A stretch of 63,734 nt of DNA, filler included, from Welwitschia mirabilis (lineage: Eukaryota), in the NCBI GenBank assembly GCA_051453625.1. It is 5 parts of one record of this genome, joined end to end, with 100 filler letters (N's around TTAATTAATTAA, not from the genome) between each part and the next. Parts side by side here need not be neighbours in the genome. Positions count along the whole stretch, not along the records: positions 51,583 to 56,418 come from JBOZIK010000001.1; positions 56,519 to 60,778 come from JBOZIK010000001.1; positions 60,879 to 63,734 come from JBOZIK010000001.1; 2 more parts are not named here. One strand, given 5' to 3'. This document shows, one piece after another, positions 51,483 to 63,734 of the stretch. The position numbers and the translations under genes are program-made. The notes below the pieces were generated by a model. That model ran no database searches and was not told the origin of the DNA. It was given only the letters and a program-made list of their open reading frames with translations. The first letter of the stretch is position 1; each line of letters starts with the position of its first letter.

Positions 51483-52489
51483 NNNNNNNNNNNNNNNNNN
51501 NNNNNNNNNNNNNNNNNNNNNNNNNNTTAATTAATTAANNNNNNNNNNNNNNNNNNNNNNNNNNNNNNNNNNNNNNNNNNNNTTAGTCCTTTCCTTACGC
51601 TACCCATGTGGGATAAATGCAATCCCACTATTTATTTTAGATGAGCCAAAATACAACACCTAGCTTTGTGATATTATTTTAAGAGAAAATAAAAGTAAAA
51701 TAATAAAAAATAAAAAAAATTCAAAGTTGAGAGTTGCATCGATGAGAGGAAAATTTAATTTATGTCCAAAGCTTCAAAGGATTAGCGTAATCGTAAATAA
51801 ATCCAATTAAGGACTTCAGTGGATTTCCAATACAGTTTCTATTTGAGAAACCTTTTAGTCATATAAAAGTACTAGTAGAATGAATCATAGGGCTAAACAC
51901 AATTTCAGATCTTTGTGTTGAAAGAATTTCTGAAATTTAACCAATTCTATTAATACACTTCACTATATCAATTGTTCAATGTCTTCTTTTTTAAAGTAAT
52001 TAGTTAACATGCGCAATCGAGGCTAATCAAAAGCAAGATCAAAATCCAAATTTGAAACTAGAAAAGCTGTTACAACTGAATATGGTAACTCTACATTGTT
52101 ACATGCGCAGACACACCTGCATCCTAGGACTTAAATGGAATTACAAATATCAAGGGAAGCAACAAACAAGGACATTCTATAACTGTATTTGTTCCTATGC
52201 ATTCTCTCCAGAATACACAAAGACAAATAAACTTGCATCTTGAGGAAAAAAAAACTCTATCATGAAATTGAACAAATATTTACATAAGACATAAGCGAGA
52301 ATATTGAGTACCAAAAAAGTCAATCATATCACGAGAATGGTAAATGGAATTATTGTAGTATAGGAGGGAAGATAAGGAAAGGGTCGATCTTTGAGTAAAG
52401 AAATGAGGAAGCATGAAAAGGCATGTGTGTGCCATTTATGCATTCAAAGCTAAGCTTAAGTAGGAATAAAATACAATCTCTCTAAATTC

Positions 52490-53160
52490 AAAGGAGGCAG
52501 ATGATTTATTGCAGGCTTTGCCCCTCTTTTGATGAAGACCATGGTCTCTAGTCTGCTAGAATCGACTAAGACATTGAAATCTTTAGAATCCAAGCAGGCC
52601 ATGTAGATGTGAAGCCGCCCATTTGATTGCACAACTCTTAATGTACATGCAGAGTATTCGAGAAAATGACATGAACAAAGTAAAATTTTAATGACTTCTA
52701 TAGTGAACAAGGAAGGTGTTTGCATCAATTGCTCATAACAATCTTTGAAACTCCATCTGGCAATTGGCATTCTCGGAGGATTTAACTAGCAGTTCATGGA
52801 GAATATACAGGAACATATGGTATCGGTACACCATATGAGAGAATCATATGCTGAAGCCCCCACAAGTATGCATGGGCCAATGGACTGGAAGCAGGAGCAA
52901 AGGGAAAATACCCAAAAGGAAGAAAATATTTCCAAGGGTTATAGCAGGTTATTTTTGGTATTCTTTTTCTACTACTAAAAGGAAAATTGAAAATTGAGTT
53001 TTTCCATGTATGGGGAATAGATATTGTTGGAATAAGTTTACTTCTTATTGGAGAAATGGAAGTGAAAAAGGCTTTAATAAGAGATGGTGTCTTAAAGATT
53101 ACGCATTCTCTATCTGTCGCCACCAGTCCTGTGTCTTCACAATAAACTATTCTCAACTAA
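52490..53160 (-). mobile_element. Possible highly degenerate LINE 3' fragment (RNase H-like)
   Basis: Minus-strand NPP...NC/DGVSK near 52780-52745 resembles WxPP...KxNxDGASK; DRECVIFK resembles ERNxxIF; weak evidence. Confidence 0.25.
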
Positions 53161-53869
53161 GAAGTCAACTATCTAAAAATGAAATTAGAGACAGATGATA
53201 AATGTTTACTGCAATACCACATGATTATCTTTGAGCCTCCTAGATACATCTAAAATTGTCAAAATAGTGAACATGATAGCATTTCTTCTAGTCCATGAAA
53301 TTGTGTTCTATGTGCTACAAAAGTATGGTGTGTTTAAGCAGTTTCTTTTCTCTATGGAATTGTAGGGAAGAATGGCCCATGAAACAAACCCTTTGGAGTA
53401 TCTTTTCATGTGTAATAAGACATTGAACAAGTGAATGTATTTGGCTTGATTTCGATTCATTTTTCTTAGTTTTAATGACCTCAACAGCAATGAGACATTC
53501 TAAGTGTTACTCCCTATTTAGTAGAGTTTTTACAAGGGTTTTTTTTTAAAATAGAATACTATGAGACACAATGCTCAAAATTCTATGCATCTAATGTTGC
53601 AAAAGCAAGCAACTAGAAGGTCATTTTATGTATTTATTGGAGGTTCTATGCTTTTTTTTTTTTTTAATTTTCAACAACAAAAGTGATGACTACCCCTCTA
53701 AAAAGCTGCTTTTATTATGGTGGTCTGTAACAAGTGTCTTATTTGCCTTGTATGCTAAATTTTCATTTTATATAACTTTAAGAGGAGTATTATGGAAGCA
53801 CCTAATCAAATGCATCTTAAATTCTTTTTCATTATTTTGAAATGCTAGTTTAGAAAGCATGATATCATT

Positions 53870-56418
53870 CCTGACTTTGCATTCTAAGTAATCATAACAA
53901 TACATGCTATCAATTCATGGTAACCAGGATTAGTAGTCGCATGCTTCTTTTAGAATACATAAATAAACTTTGCACTTTCTATTGAGTTTATAGTTACCTT
54001 TGTGAAGTTCACTTCTTCTAAAGACTTGAAGGTAAATTTCCTTGCCTACAATGTATACCATGATGAAGGAATAAGACTTTTGAAATAAGCCTCTTTTGTT
54101 ACAGTTGATTTAATGTTATCTTCTAAGTCTATTTCATTACCTAGGTCTTTTTCAATGGCATTAAAAACTCTAATGGTAAACATTTTGTTTCCTAGGTAAC
54201 ACTTCATCGTTTTAGTCCTAGTATCAATAATATAGTGGGCTATGGTATAGAAGGCTTACCTTAGAAGTAATGAATATCCTTTATTATATTTGACTTTTAT
54301 GATAATTATATTTACTGGGTAATAGGCCTCTTTAATTTAAATTACTAAATCTTTAATAATCCCTAAGGGTTTCTTAACTAAAGTGTCTACTAACTCTAAG
54401 AGAATCTAAGTAGGATCTATTCTACCCACTGAACCAAGTCTCTTACAATGTGTAATGGCATGATGTTAACACTCACTCTAATGTTAATTAAGGCTCTCTT
54501 GATCTTTTTGTTTCTTTCTAATGTGACATTCACCATTGCTACCCCCAGATCTTTAAATTTAAGATATTTTTGTAACACTCAGTTCATGAGGAATTAAGCT
54601 AAAAAGACTCTGCTAAGAATAACTCATTTTTATTTTCTTCTTATTAAATCTTTCTATAGATTTGAGTACTCTAGATTTTGTTGCAAAAGTTTCTAGAAGG
54701 GTAAGTTTATACTTCCATTTTTCATCAAGGCTTTGAGAAGTCATTGAAAGTTGAATTGTTGTTAAGCCTATCAAGCCAAGGGGTAGCTAGTTGCTTTTCT
54801 AAAGAATTTTTCTTTTTATTTTTAGCATAAGAAAACTTATAATCTTCTAATATTTCAATGCCCTCTTCTTCATCATCATCTCAAATTTTATTTTAAGAGG
54901 TTGATGCTTCACAAGGAAAAGGGTTTATTTCTTGACCACTTCATGTTACAAACTTATAGTCTCTTCTTATTTCATTGGATTTTGATAAAAGTTGTGTAGA
55001 CAATGTTCCTTGTGGTTTTTGATTTGCTAATATTGTTTTTCAAAGAACATTCAATAAATTTTCAATGTTGGCATTTTTTCCTCTTGTAATTTCATAAGAT
55101 TAATAATAGAGTTTTGAATAAAATCATTTTGATGTTGGAAATTTGATGGACTTAGTTGAAAGTTTGAATTCTAGGATTGATTTTTGAAAGGTTGAAAATT
55201 ATTTCGAAAATGTGTATTCAGTATAAGTTATGCCTGATTTTGATTTTTATAGTTTAGTAATGTTTGATTAAAAGTATAAAATTCTTCATGTATTTTCTTT
55301 TTGTATGTTGATAAAAGTGGACAATCCTTGGTAATGTGATAACTGTCTTCACATAAGTTAGAATTTGGCATAACATTACTCTTAGTTGCTAATTTGACAT
55401 CTAAAATCATTTTAGTATATTTTCCTAGAGTTGTTGTAAAATCTTTAGTTAAATTTATAGGATTGTATTCTACTTTCTTTTCTGGTCTAACCTCTTTCAA
55501 ATCTTTAATAAGTTGCCCTATAATGCAATTTTCTTTTGATGATAACCAAGTTTAACTTACCTTCACAAGTTCAGCTAGTATTTTTCAAGAATTTTCAAAT
55601 GTGAGGTTCATGAGGTTTCCATCACAAGAGAAGTCTATAAGTTATTTTGTGTGGTAATCTAACCCATTATAAAAGTAGTTAACTAGTTCTTCTTATAAAA
55701 AGTATCTATTGGATTAGAGTGAATGGCTATAAAGAATCGTTTATATGTGGAAGCATAGGCATCATTTAGTTGTTATTGAAAGTTTGTTACTTTCTTTTTT
55801 CTTTTTCTAACGGTTTCTTCACTCATGAATCTTTTGATGAAGGTTTCTTGGACTTGATTTCAAGATTTCAAACTTTTGTGGGGTATGTTTTTTAGCCAAA
55901 TTTTAACTCTTTATTTTAATATTAGGAAAAGATTACCATATATGTTCTATCACTAATCTTTTTCTCTCCATTTCCTAAGGTAAGAATTAATTATTCTATG
56001 TTCATAATGTGTTGGAGAGGATCCTCATCATATTCACCATTAAAGGTTAGTTAGGCATTTAAGTTTNNNNNNNNNNGCTCAACGTTATCTCTTGGGGGTA
56101 TATCAATGGGAGTTTAAATATCTTATTTATTATTTGCCAGTAATTTTATTAGGGTAAGGTTTACATTAGGAATAAAAGTAGAAAACCCTACAACCTGCTT
56201 TTGTTTTTGGACAGCGCTCGACATTGTAAACTGATTTTTTTCCTTCTAAATTTTCTTCTACAAAATTTAATTTAGAAAAAATAAACTTAGAGGAATATTG
56301 TATGCATCTAAATATCGTTTTTCTAATTCAATTTTAAGATCTACCAATCCTTCTCTATTATTTTTATCTATTAATAATATTTCTCTTTAATATCTCTTTT
56401 CTAGGTTCACCATATCAC
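53870..56418 (-). mobile_element. Degenerate gag-protease of the same Athila-like family
   Basis: EDPLQHI (~56020); KFKDLGVAMVNVTLERNKKIKRALINI(R)VSVNI (54560-54460); YSLLLR (~54270); homologous to 1-2223. Confidence 0.88.
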
Positions 56419-56518
56419 NNNNNNNNNNNNNNNNNNNNNNNNNNNNNNNNNNNNNNNNNNNNTTAATTAATTAANNNNNNNNNNNNNNNNNNNNNNNNNN
56501 NNNNNNNNNNNNNNNNNN

Positions 56519-59500
56519 ATTATCATGATTTAAACAAGGTTACCTTAAAGGATGACTATCCTTTATGGAATATCAACATCCTAGTAGATAGCACTACTGG
56601 TTATGAACTCTTATCATTCATGGATGGTTATCCAAGTTATAATAAGATCTTTATTAATCCTATAGACTAGTACAAAACAACTTTTATAATATCATGTGGG
56701 CTCTTATATTGTGTCATGGTTCCCTTCAGATTAAAGAATGCTAGTGCAACCTACTAATATGTAATAACACATATCTTTCATAACATGATCCATCACAACA
56801 TGGAAGACTATGTTGATGATGTTGTAATTAAGTAAAAGATAATTGTTGATTATCCTAATAATCTAAATCAACTGTTTACATAAGAAAGATGATATAATTT
56901 GTACCTAAACTCGAAGAAATGTTATTTGATATGCCATTAGAAAGACTCTTAGGATTCATGATATCAAAACAAGGCATAGAAATTGATCCTAATAAGATCA
57001 AGGCAATTATAAAAATGCCATTACCATGTAACTTGAAATAATTACTAGTCTCCAAGAAAGACTACAAAAAAAACATCAATTTATTTCAACTTTGGCATAT
57101 CTATGTAAATCACTTATTCATTTACTTAAGAAAGACAACCAATTCAAGTGGGATGAAAATTGTCAAAAGGCTTTTGATAGAATTAAGAAATATTTGACAT
57201 CCATCCCTATTCTAAGTCCACCTAAGCTTGATCAACCATTTTACCTTTACTTGGCATATACATCATCATCAATTAGTGAAATGATCTTTTAACATGATGA
57301 ATTATATCGAGATCATCTAATTTATTATATTAGTAAAACACTACATCAATATGAGAGAAATTACACTAAAGTAAAAAAGACATGTTTGAGCATAGTTTTT
57401 GCTTCACAAAAGTTTCATCATTATATGATGAGAAATAAAATAATTGTAATTAATAATAAGAATTTGCTCAAACATCTACTTAAATACTCTACTAGTAGCA
57501 CATGTTTAATAAAGTGGGCATCAATTCTCACTAAATTCAACCTAGAATTCCAATTTCAAAAGTCAGTCAAGGGAAAGTACATAGATGAACAAATGGTAGA
57601 TCTACTAATAGAAGCTAAAGATGAAACCTCAAGTGAATTTAAACAATTTCCTAATGAAAAAATTCATACTGTCAAAATGAAAAAGTATTAGAATGCATTG
57701 ATGTTTTTCAATGGTGCATCTAACCAAAATGGTAGATTTGCTGGAGTATTCATCTTTCTCAATAATAAAATAAGCTTGTTATTCTCTTTTAAATAAAATT
57801 TTCATTGCATGAATAACATTGCTAAATATAAGGCTTTCACAAAAGGAATCATGCTAGCTATTCAAATAGGTTTTTAGAAATTACACATTTTTGATAACTT
57901 GAAATTAGTTATCATCCAAGTCTTAAGTAAGTACAAAGCTAGATCAGGAATCCTAGGTGAATATTTCAAAAAAGTAATAAAACTTCTTACATTAGAAGTG
58001 AGAATCAATTCACAGATTATCTTCTAAACTTTACTCAAATGTGTTTCAAATATTCATCCCTTAAAGAGTATGTCATATGCATGGACATCAGTCAAAATTT
58101 CCTTTATGGACATCAGGTAATTGCTTATATAGAGCTATTATAAGATGAGGTAAGTTAATTGATAAAAGATCCTAAAGAGAATGATGAGTGGTATGACACT
58201 TTGCTAGATTACTTCACTAATAAAAGGCTACCTGAAAATCTCTCTTTATTGCAAAAACAAAACTTTAGGAATTAAGCAATGCAGTTTGCCCTAATTCAAG
58301 GTCTCAATTATATAAGAAGTCAAATAAAGGTATCCTATTAAGATGTATAAAATTAAGAGAAGATGCTTATGTCCTAAAAGAGACCCATGCTAGACTATGT
58401 GGGCCTTAGCAAAGGGCAAGATCACTGTTGGATTATGTATTATGATCTGGTTATTTCTAGAAAATAATGTATGATGACTATTTTAAGATAGTCAAAACAT
58501 GTCATACTTGTCAAATCTTTTCACNNNNNNNNNNNNNNNNNNNNNNNNNNNNNNNNNNNNNNNNNNNNNNNNNNNNNNNNNNNNNNNNNNNNNNNNNNNN
58601 NNNNNNNNNNNNNNNNNNNNNNNNAATGGCGCATCTAACCGAAATGGTGGATTTACAGTAGTATTCTTCTTCCTTAATAATAAAACAAGCTTATCTTTCT
58701 ATTTTAAACTAAAGTTTTATTGCATAAACAACATTACTGAATATAAGGCATTAACAAAAGGAATCATGCTAGTCATTCAAGCAAGTTTTAAGAAATTACA
58801 CATGTTTGGTGACTTGCAATTAGTCATCAACCAAATCTTAGGCAAGTACGAAGTTAGATCGAGAATCTTAGGTGCATACCTCAGGAAAGTAAAAAAGCTT
58901 ATTGCATTATTTAAGGCATGTAAAATTTTAGCTATTCCTAGAAATGAAAATCAATTCACAGGTTATCTTACAAACTTTTCCTAGATGTGTTTTAGAGATT
59001 CATCCCTTAAAGAGTCTATCACATGCATGGATATCAGTCAAAATTTTCTTGATGAACATCAGATAACTACTTATCTAAAGCTATCATGAGATGAGGTAAT
59101 TCAATTGATAAAAGATCCTAAAGTAAATGATAAGTGGTATGATACCTTGCTAGAATACTTCACTAATTAAAGGCTACTTAAAAATATCTCTTCATTACAG
59201 AAGTAAAACTTTAGGGATTAAGCAATGTGCTTTTTGCTAATTCAAGGTCAATTATATAAGAAATCAAATGAAGGTATCCTGTTAAGATGTCTAAAATCAA
59301 AGGAAGCTACTTATGTCCTAAAAGAGACCCATGCTGGACTATGTAGACCCACCAAGGGGCAAGATCACTATTGGATAATGTATTATTGTCTAGTTATTTC
59401 TGGAAAACAATGAACGATAACTATTTTAAGATAGTCAAAACATGTCATACTTGTCAAATCTTTTCACCAAGAATACATCAACCACCTATTGAGTGTTTTC

Positions 59501-60377
59501 CTTCTAATTCAATTTGGATTTTTATAAAATAGGATATGGATTTAATCAATCCTATTATGCCTACCTCATCGGGACAACATGTGTTTATCCTTGCTATAAC
59601 AGAATACTTTTCTAAATGGATCGAAGCAGTTCCATTATGGGAAACAACATCAAAGAGAATTCAAAATTTCATTATTGATCATATCATTACTAGATTTAAT
59701 ATACCTTATGTCATTGTTACTAATAATGGTCCATAATTTAGATCATTAGAATTGAAGAATTTCTTAAGCAAATTTGGGATAAAACATTCCTTTTTGATAC
59801 TATGTTATTCTCAGATAAATGAATAAGCTAAAGCTACAAATAAATTGATCATAGATTATCTTAAGAAATTCTTACAAAGGAATATCAAGTCATGGCATAA
59901 GAAATTTCCTTTAGCATTATGAGCTTACCACATTATAGTAAAAACTACTATAGGAACAACATTATCTTAACTTGTCTATGGTACTGAAGTAGTCTTACCC
60001 ACTCAAATTTATATTTCCACATTAAAAATGCTATTTAAGAATATAGAGTTATCTTATACAGAAAATAAAATGTAACTTGCACAACTTGAAACTTTATATG
60101 AAAAGCGAGTAAAAACCTTATTAAAAAACCCAACTTTACCAGAAGTGAATCAGTAACGTATATAACAACCATGTAAATTCAAGATCTTATGATATAAGAA
60201 ACTTAGAATTGAAAGCAAACTTAACTAAAAATATTTTTAAGTTTTCACCAAATTTGTTAGGACCATTCTTCATTTCATAAAAGTTCAACAAGGGAACATA
60301 CAAACTAAGGAGTTCAAATGGTGTTGAAGAAAGTAAACTGATAAATTACCTATATCTTTGACCTTATTATCATTGAA
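56519..60377 (+). mobile_element. Degenerate Tat/Ogre-clade Gypsy pol (RT, RH, additional RH, integrase) with a duplicated segment
   Basis: DLNK...KDDYPL; LSFMDGY; YVDDVVIK; WDENCQKAFDRIKKYL; NNITEYKAL...FGDLQLVINQ; MDLINPI...EYFSKWIEAVPL; LGPFFI. Confidence 0.92.
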
Positions 60378-60878
60378 ATAAAGTTCAAAACACATGTAAT
60401 TTTTATTTCTTATTTCAATTCAGTTGTTTTCATATTTTCATTAGTAAGTTTACACAATTTCTCATGTATATATACATTAGTTCTCACTCAGAATAACATA
60501 GGCCTTTTTCCGCATCGCACAAAGTCCACATTTTAGTTTTTATATTTGAAGTCCAAAATATGACTGATGATCATCTTCCACCCTTTCCTAATTTCTATTA
60601 AAGGGTGCATACCACTTTCCTTCAAGCATAATGCCAACAAGATGAAGTACCAAAAATTGCTATAATTGACATTTCATTCCACAAGACTCCATTTATGAAA
60701 GATGATGATGATGAGATATATCACATCGATTCATTATATGACCCACTCATTCCTTCCTTAACTATGATTCACACCCTTNNNNNNNNNNNNNNNNNNNNNN
60801 NNNNNNNNNNNNNNNNNNNNNNTTAATTAATTAANNNNNNNNNNNNNNNNNNNNNNNNNNNNNNNNNNNNNNNNNNNN

Positions 60879-62050
60879 CTTCTAAAAATGATTAGGAATG
60901 TGAGGAAGAGGATGATATAGAAATCTTAGAAACATATCCTCTTCAATTTTAGATGAGCCTTCACTAAAAAAACAAAAGAAAAAGACAAGCTACCCCTTGG
61001 CTTAACACACATCCTACTTTTGATGAGTAGTTAAAAACTTTAATGCAAGATGATAATTATGACTCACCCTTTTTGAAACTTTTGCAGAAAATTCCTAATT
61101 GTGCTAAGTTATGGAAAGACCTACTTAGAATAAAATAGAAATGCACTATCACTAGGAGAGTCTTTCTTGCTTAATGTATTTCCAACTTAGTCATACAAAA
61201 AGCACCTAAATTTAAAAACCCTAGGGCAATACTAATAAGTATTACATTAGAAGGTAATAAGAAAATAACAAAATCTTTAATTGATATTGGAGGAAGTGAC
61301 AACGTCATAATGCTTCACATTTGTAAAAGACTTGGATTAGAGAAAAGAATTGAGCTTATACAAATCACATTAGAATTAGCTGATACTTAAACTAGAAAAC
61401 ATGTGGGGATTATTAAAAACTTATTGATCCAAATACAAAAAGCCTACTACCCTATAGACATGGTTTAATTTAAGCACAACATGATAGAATTTATTCACTA
61501 CTTTTAGGAAGAGGCTTTTATGCAACCGCTTACTACATTATAGACACATGAATTGGATTAATGAAATGTTACACTGATAACAAGAGGTACACTGTTAGAG
61601 TTTGCAATGCTGTAGAGAAACATATGGATGATAAAGGAATCTTAAAAAAAATAGCTAAACCAACTTTATGAATTCAACATCATTTAGTTGAAATGAAACT
61701 GAGAATGCTACAAGACTCAACTTTGCATACTAATCTAATAGAAACAAATAATTCTGATCATGAATATGAAGAAGTAAAATTTGTTAATAGGAAAAAAGTT
61801 CAACATGTTAACTTAATTGAAAATTTTTATTATAACCCTTATCATCCACTCCTATCATCTAGAAAACAATCCAAGATGATAGTAAAAAAAATAAAAATTC
61901 AACAAAAGAGAAATAAGAATAATGAAAAGAAGGAAGATACAGTTACTAATTAGAAAAGAACAAAAAATATTCAACACAGTGAGATCAAAGACAACAATGA
62001 GGAGGGGGGAATACTAAAGAACCTATGGAATTTTAACCCAACTTGATCGA
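60879..62050 (+). mobile_element. Athila-like gag C-terminus/protease fragment
   Basis: KAPKFKNPRAILISITLEGNKKITKSLIDIGGSDNVIM (61198-61311); YSLLLGRGFYAT; palindromic motif at ~61840-61881. Confidence 0.85.
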
Positions 62051-62089
62051 AAAAAAAAAAAAACTATCTTTTCTAATATAGCAATTCAA

Positions 62090-63734
62090 TTTTAAAAATC
62101 TTCCCATGTTTCTCCATCCTATTCTCTTAAAAATAATCCAAGAAACATTCTTCCCTCTTTGGTTCCTCTAATGATAAATATTTTCAAAAGTATGATTTTG
62201 GATATCTTGGACTTCTAAATTGTAGAAAATCTTATCTTCTTGATAATTCATATTTTGAGTTGAGACTTAGAGAACTTCTTTAGTAAACCTTCCTTAATCG
62301 TTCATCCTAAGAAGCTTTATTTAAATTTTTTAAATCTTAATAGAACCAGTAATCTTTTTTATCCTCACCATCAATCTTTAAATGAAGTCAATAGTTGGAA
62401 TTATTCATATTAGGAATTTTATAAGAGATTGTTCTTTCATAAATTATCTAAGATCTTTATCTCTCATATTGTAAATAAATTTTGTAAAGTTAAAATGTTA
62501 CCTTATCATGCATGTGTGCCTTTTATGTTTTATCAATTGATCTATTTTTCATTTGGCTCTTATTTTTCCAAGAAAGTGCATCACCCTAGGATCATAGCCT
62601 TAGGAAAATAAACATTTCTTTTTCTTTATTTTCAATAAATTATTGAATAGAGTTTAGGATCTAAATAAAACTTGTTTTAGTTTGCTTTAGTATTTCCTTT
62701 TAATTTTATGTTGATTGTTTTTATCTTTGGTTTTTATTAGCAATAAATTAATCTCTAGATGATTAGGTCCTTATCTTTTAGAGAAAGTACATTTTTATGG
62801 CTCAGTTAAGATTTCCAATTTTAGCATTAAGAAAATTTTTAAAAATGGACAAAAGTTATAAATCCATGAATTATCAAAAGACCTTAAACATAATACACGC
62901 AATTGTTTTGAAAGTTCTCCTGTCATTATCTGAATTCTTTCTTAGCCTATTCTTTTGGTGGATGTCATGATATTACTTAAACATCTTTAACTTATGTTTT
63001 ACTTTATGAAGTTACCATGACTAGTAATTTTTGCTTAGGAATTTTAAAAGTGATAAGATTGGATTCACCCAATATTAAGATATTCAAATGTCTATGAACT
63101 TCATTTTAAAGTAAGATGCTCTTTTTTTGTGTGTTTTCTCTTAATGATATGAGTCTCTAGTAGTTCAAAGGTGTTCTTTCTTGTTTTCATCTCATTTCTT
63201 TTAAGGGACTTTGCTAGGGATGAATTTTAGATAGGTAAGAAAATCTTCTTCATCAAAAAGATTATCAAGAGAAATAAGAGCATCATCTTCATCATTTAAA
63301 AGATTTTCAATTTTCTCATAATTGGATTTCTCATCTTGATTGTTTAGTAGTAAATGAATGACAAGGATATAATCTAATATCTCAATATCTCCTCTAATAA
63401 GTGGTCATCTTCATTCCAATTGTTGAAATGTTGAGCTATGCTATTATTGTCTACTTTTTACTTATTTCCTAATGAGTAGGATGTTGAAGTTTGATTCATA
63501 AATCCCTCTTCAAGTTGAAAGTAAGAATCATCATCATCAGTGATTTCTAAGTTTTCTTCATTTTCCTCAAGGAAGGATGGAGCAGGATGGTTGTGAGAAT
63601 GTTGTGTTGTAAAAGATTCTTGAATATGTAAAAGAAATTGTAGCAAGTTTTCAACTAATTTCTTCAAGTTCCTATTGGTGTTTTCTTGATTTTTCATCAT
63701 TTCACCAATCATTTCTCTTAATTGATCTTTTTCT
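62090..63734 (-). mobile_element. Degenerate Gypsy derivative: gag-like region followed by integrase C-terminus/chromodomain-like remnant
   Basis: Coiled-coil/acidic ORF 63458-63712; ASYFKMKF (~63110, gag-like); YKIPNMNNSNY*L (~62420, GPF/Y-module-like); IYH*RNQRGKNVSWI (~62180-62135, chromodomain-like). Confidence 0.45.

Overview
Eukaryotic, almost certainly land-plant, repeat-rich and AT-rich draft sequence. I can support no intact protein-coding gene, RNA gene or CRISPR array. Four 100-bp gaps with a TTAATTAATTAA linker (at about 30.1, 51.5, 56.5 and 60.8 kb) split the window into five scaffold pieces whose adjacency is unproven. Bases 1-30041 are a nested stack of decayed LTR retrotransposons: four Athila-like Ty3/Gypsy copies (tRNA-Asp-type PBS; one shows an extra ORF), two Sirevirus-like Ty1/Copia copies and one other Copia. 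One insertion has a readable TACAT target-site duplication. The rest holds Tat-clade Gypsy pol remnants with two RNase H domains, a Tork/Tnt1-like Copia, a solo LTR with AAAAT TSD, a hAT-like end, a 2-kb duplication, an almost perfect palindrome and an RT-less gag plus chromodomain-like Gypsy derivative. The most intriguing signal is a ~40-bp double palindrome (TGTCGTCC-N5/6-GTCGTCTGGACGAC-N5/6-GGACGACA) repeated about 20 times through the Athila-like elements, alongside an extra ORF of unknown function. Also notable are an element whose LTRs match in R/U5 but not U3, and strongly one-sided G:C->A:T decay. All family calls come from motif recognition by eye, and identity figures are rough visual estimates.
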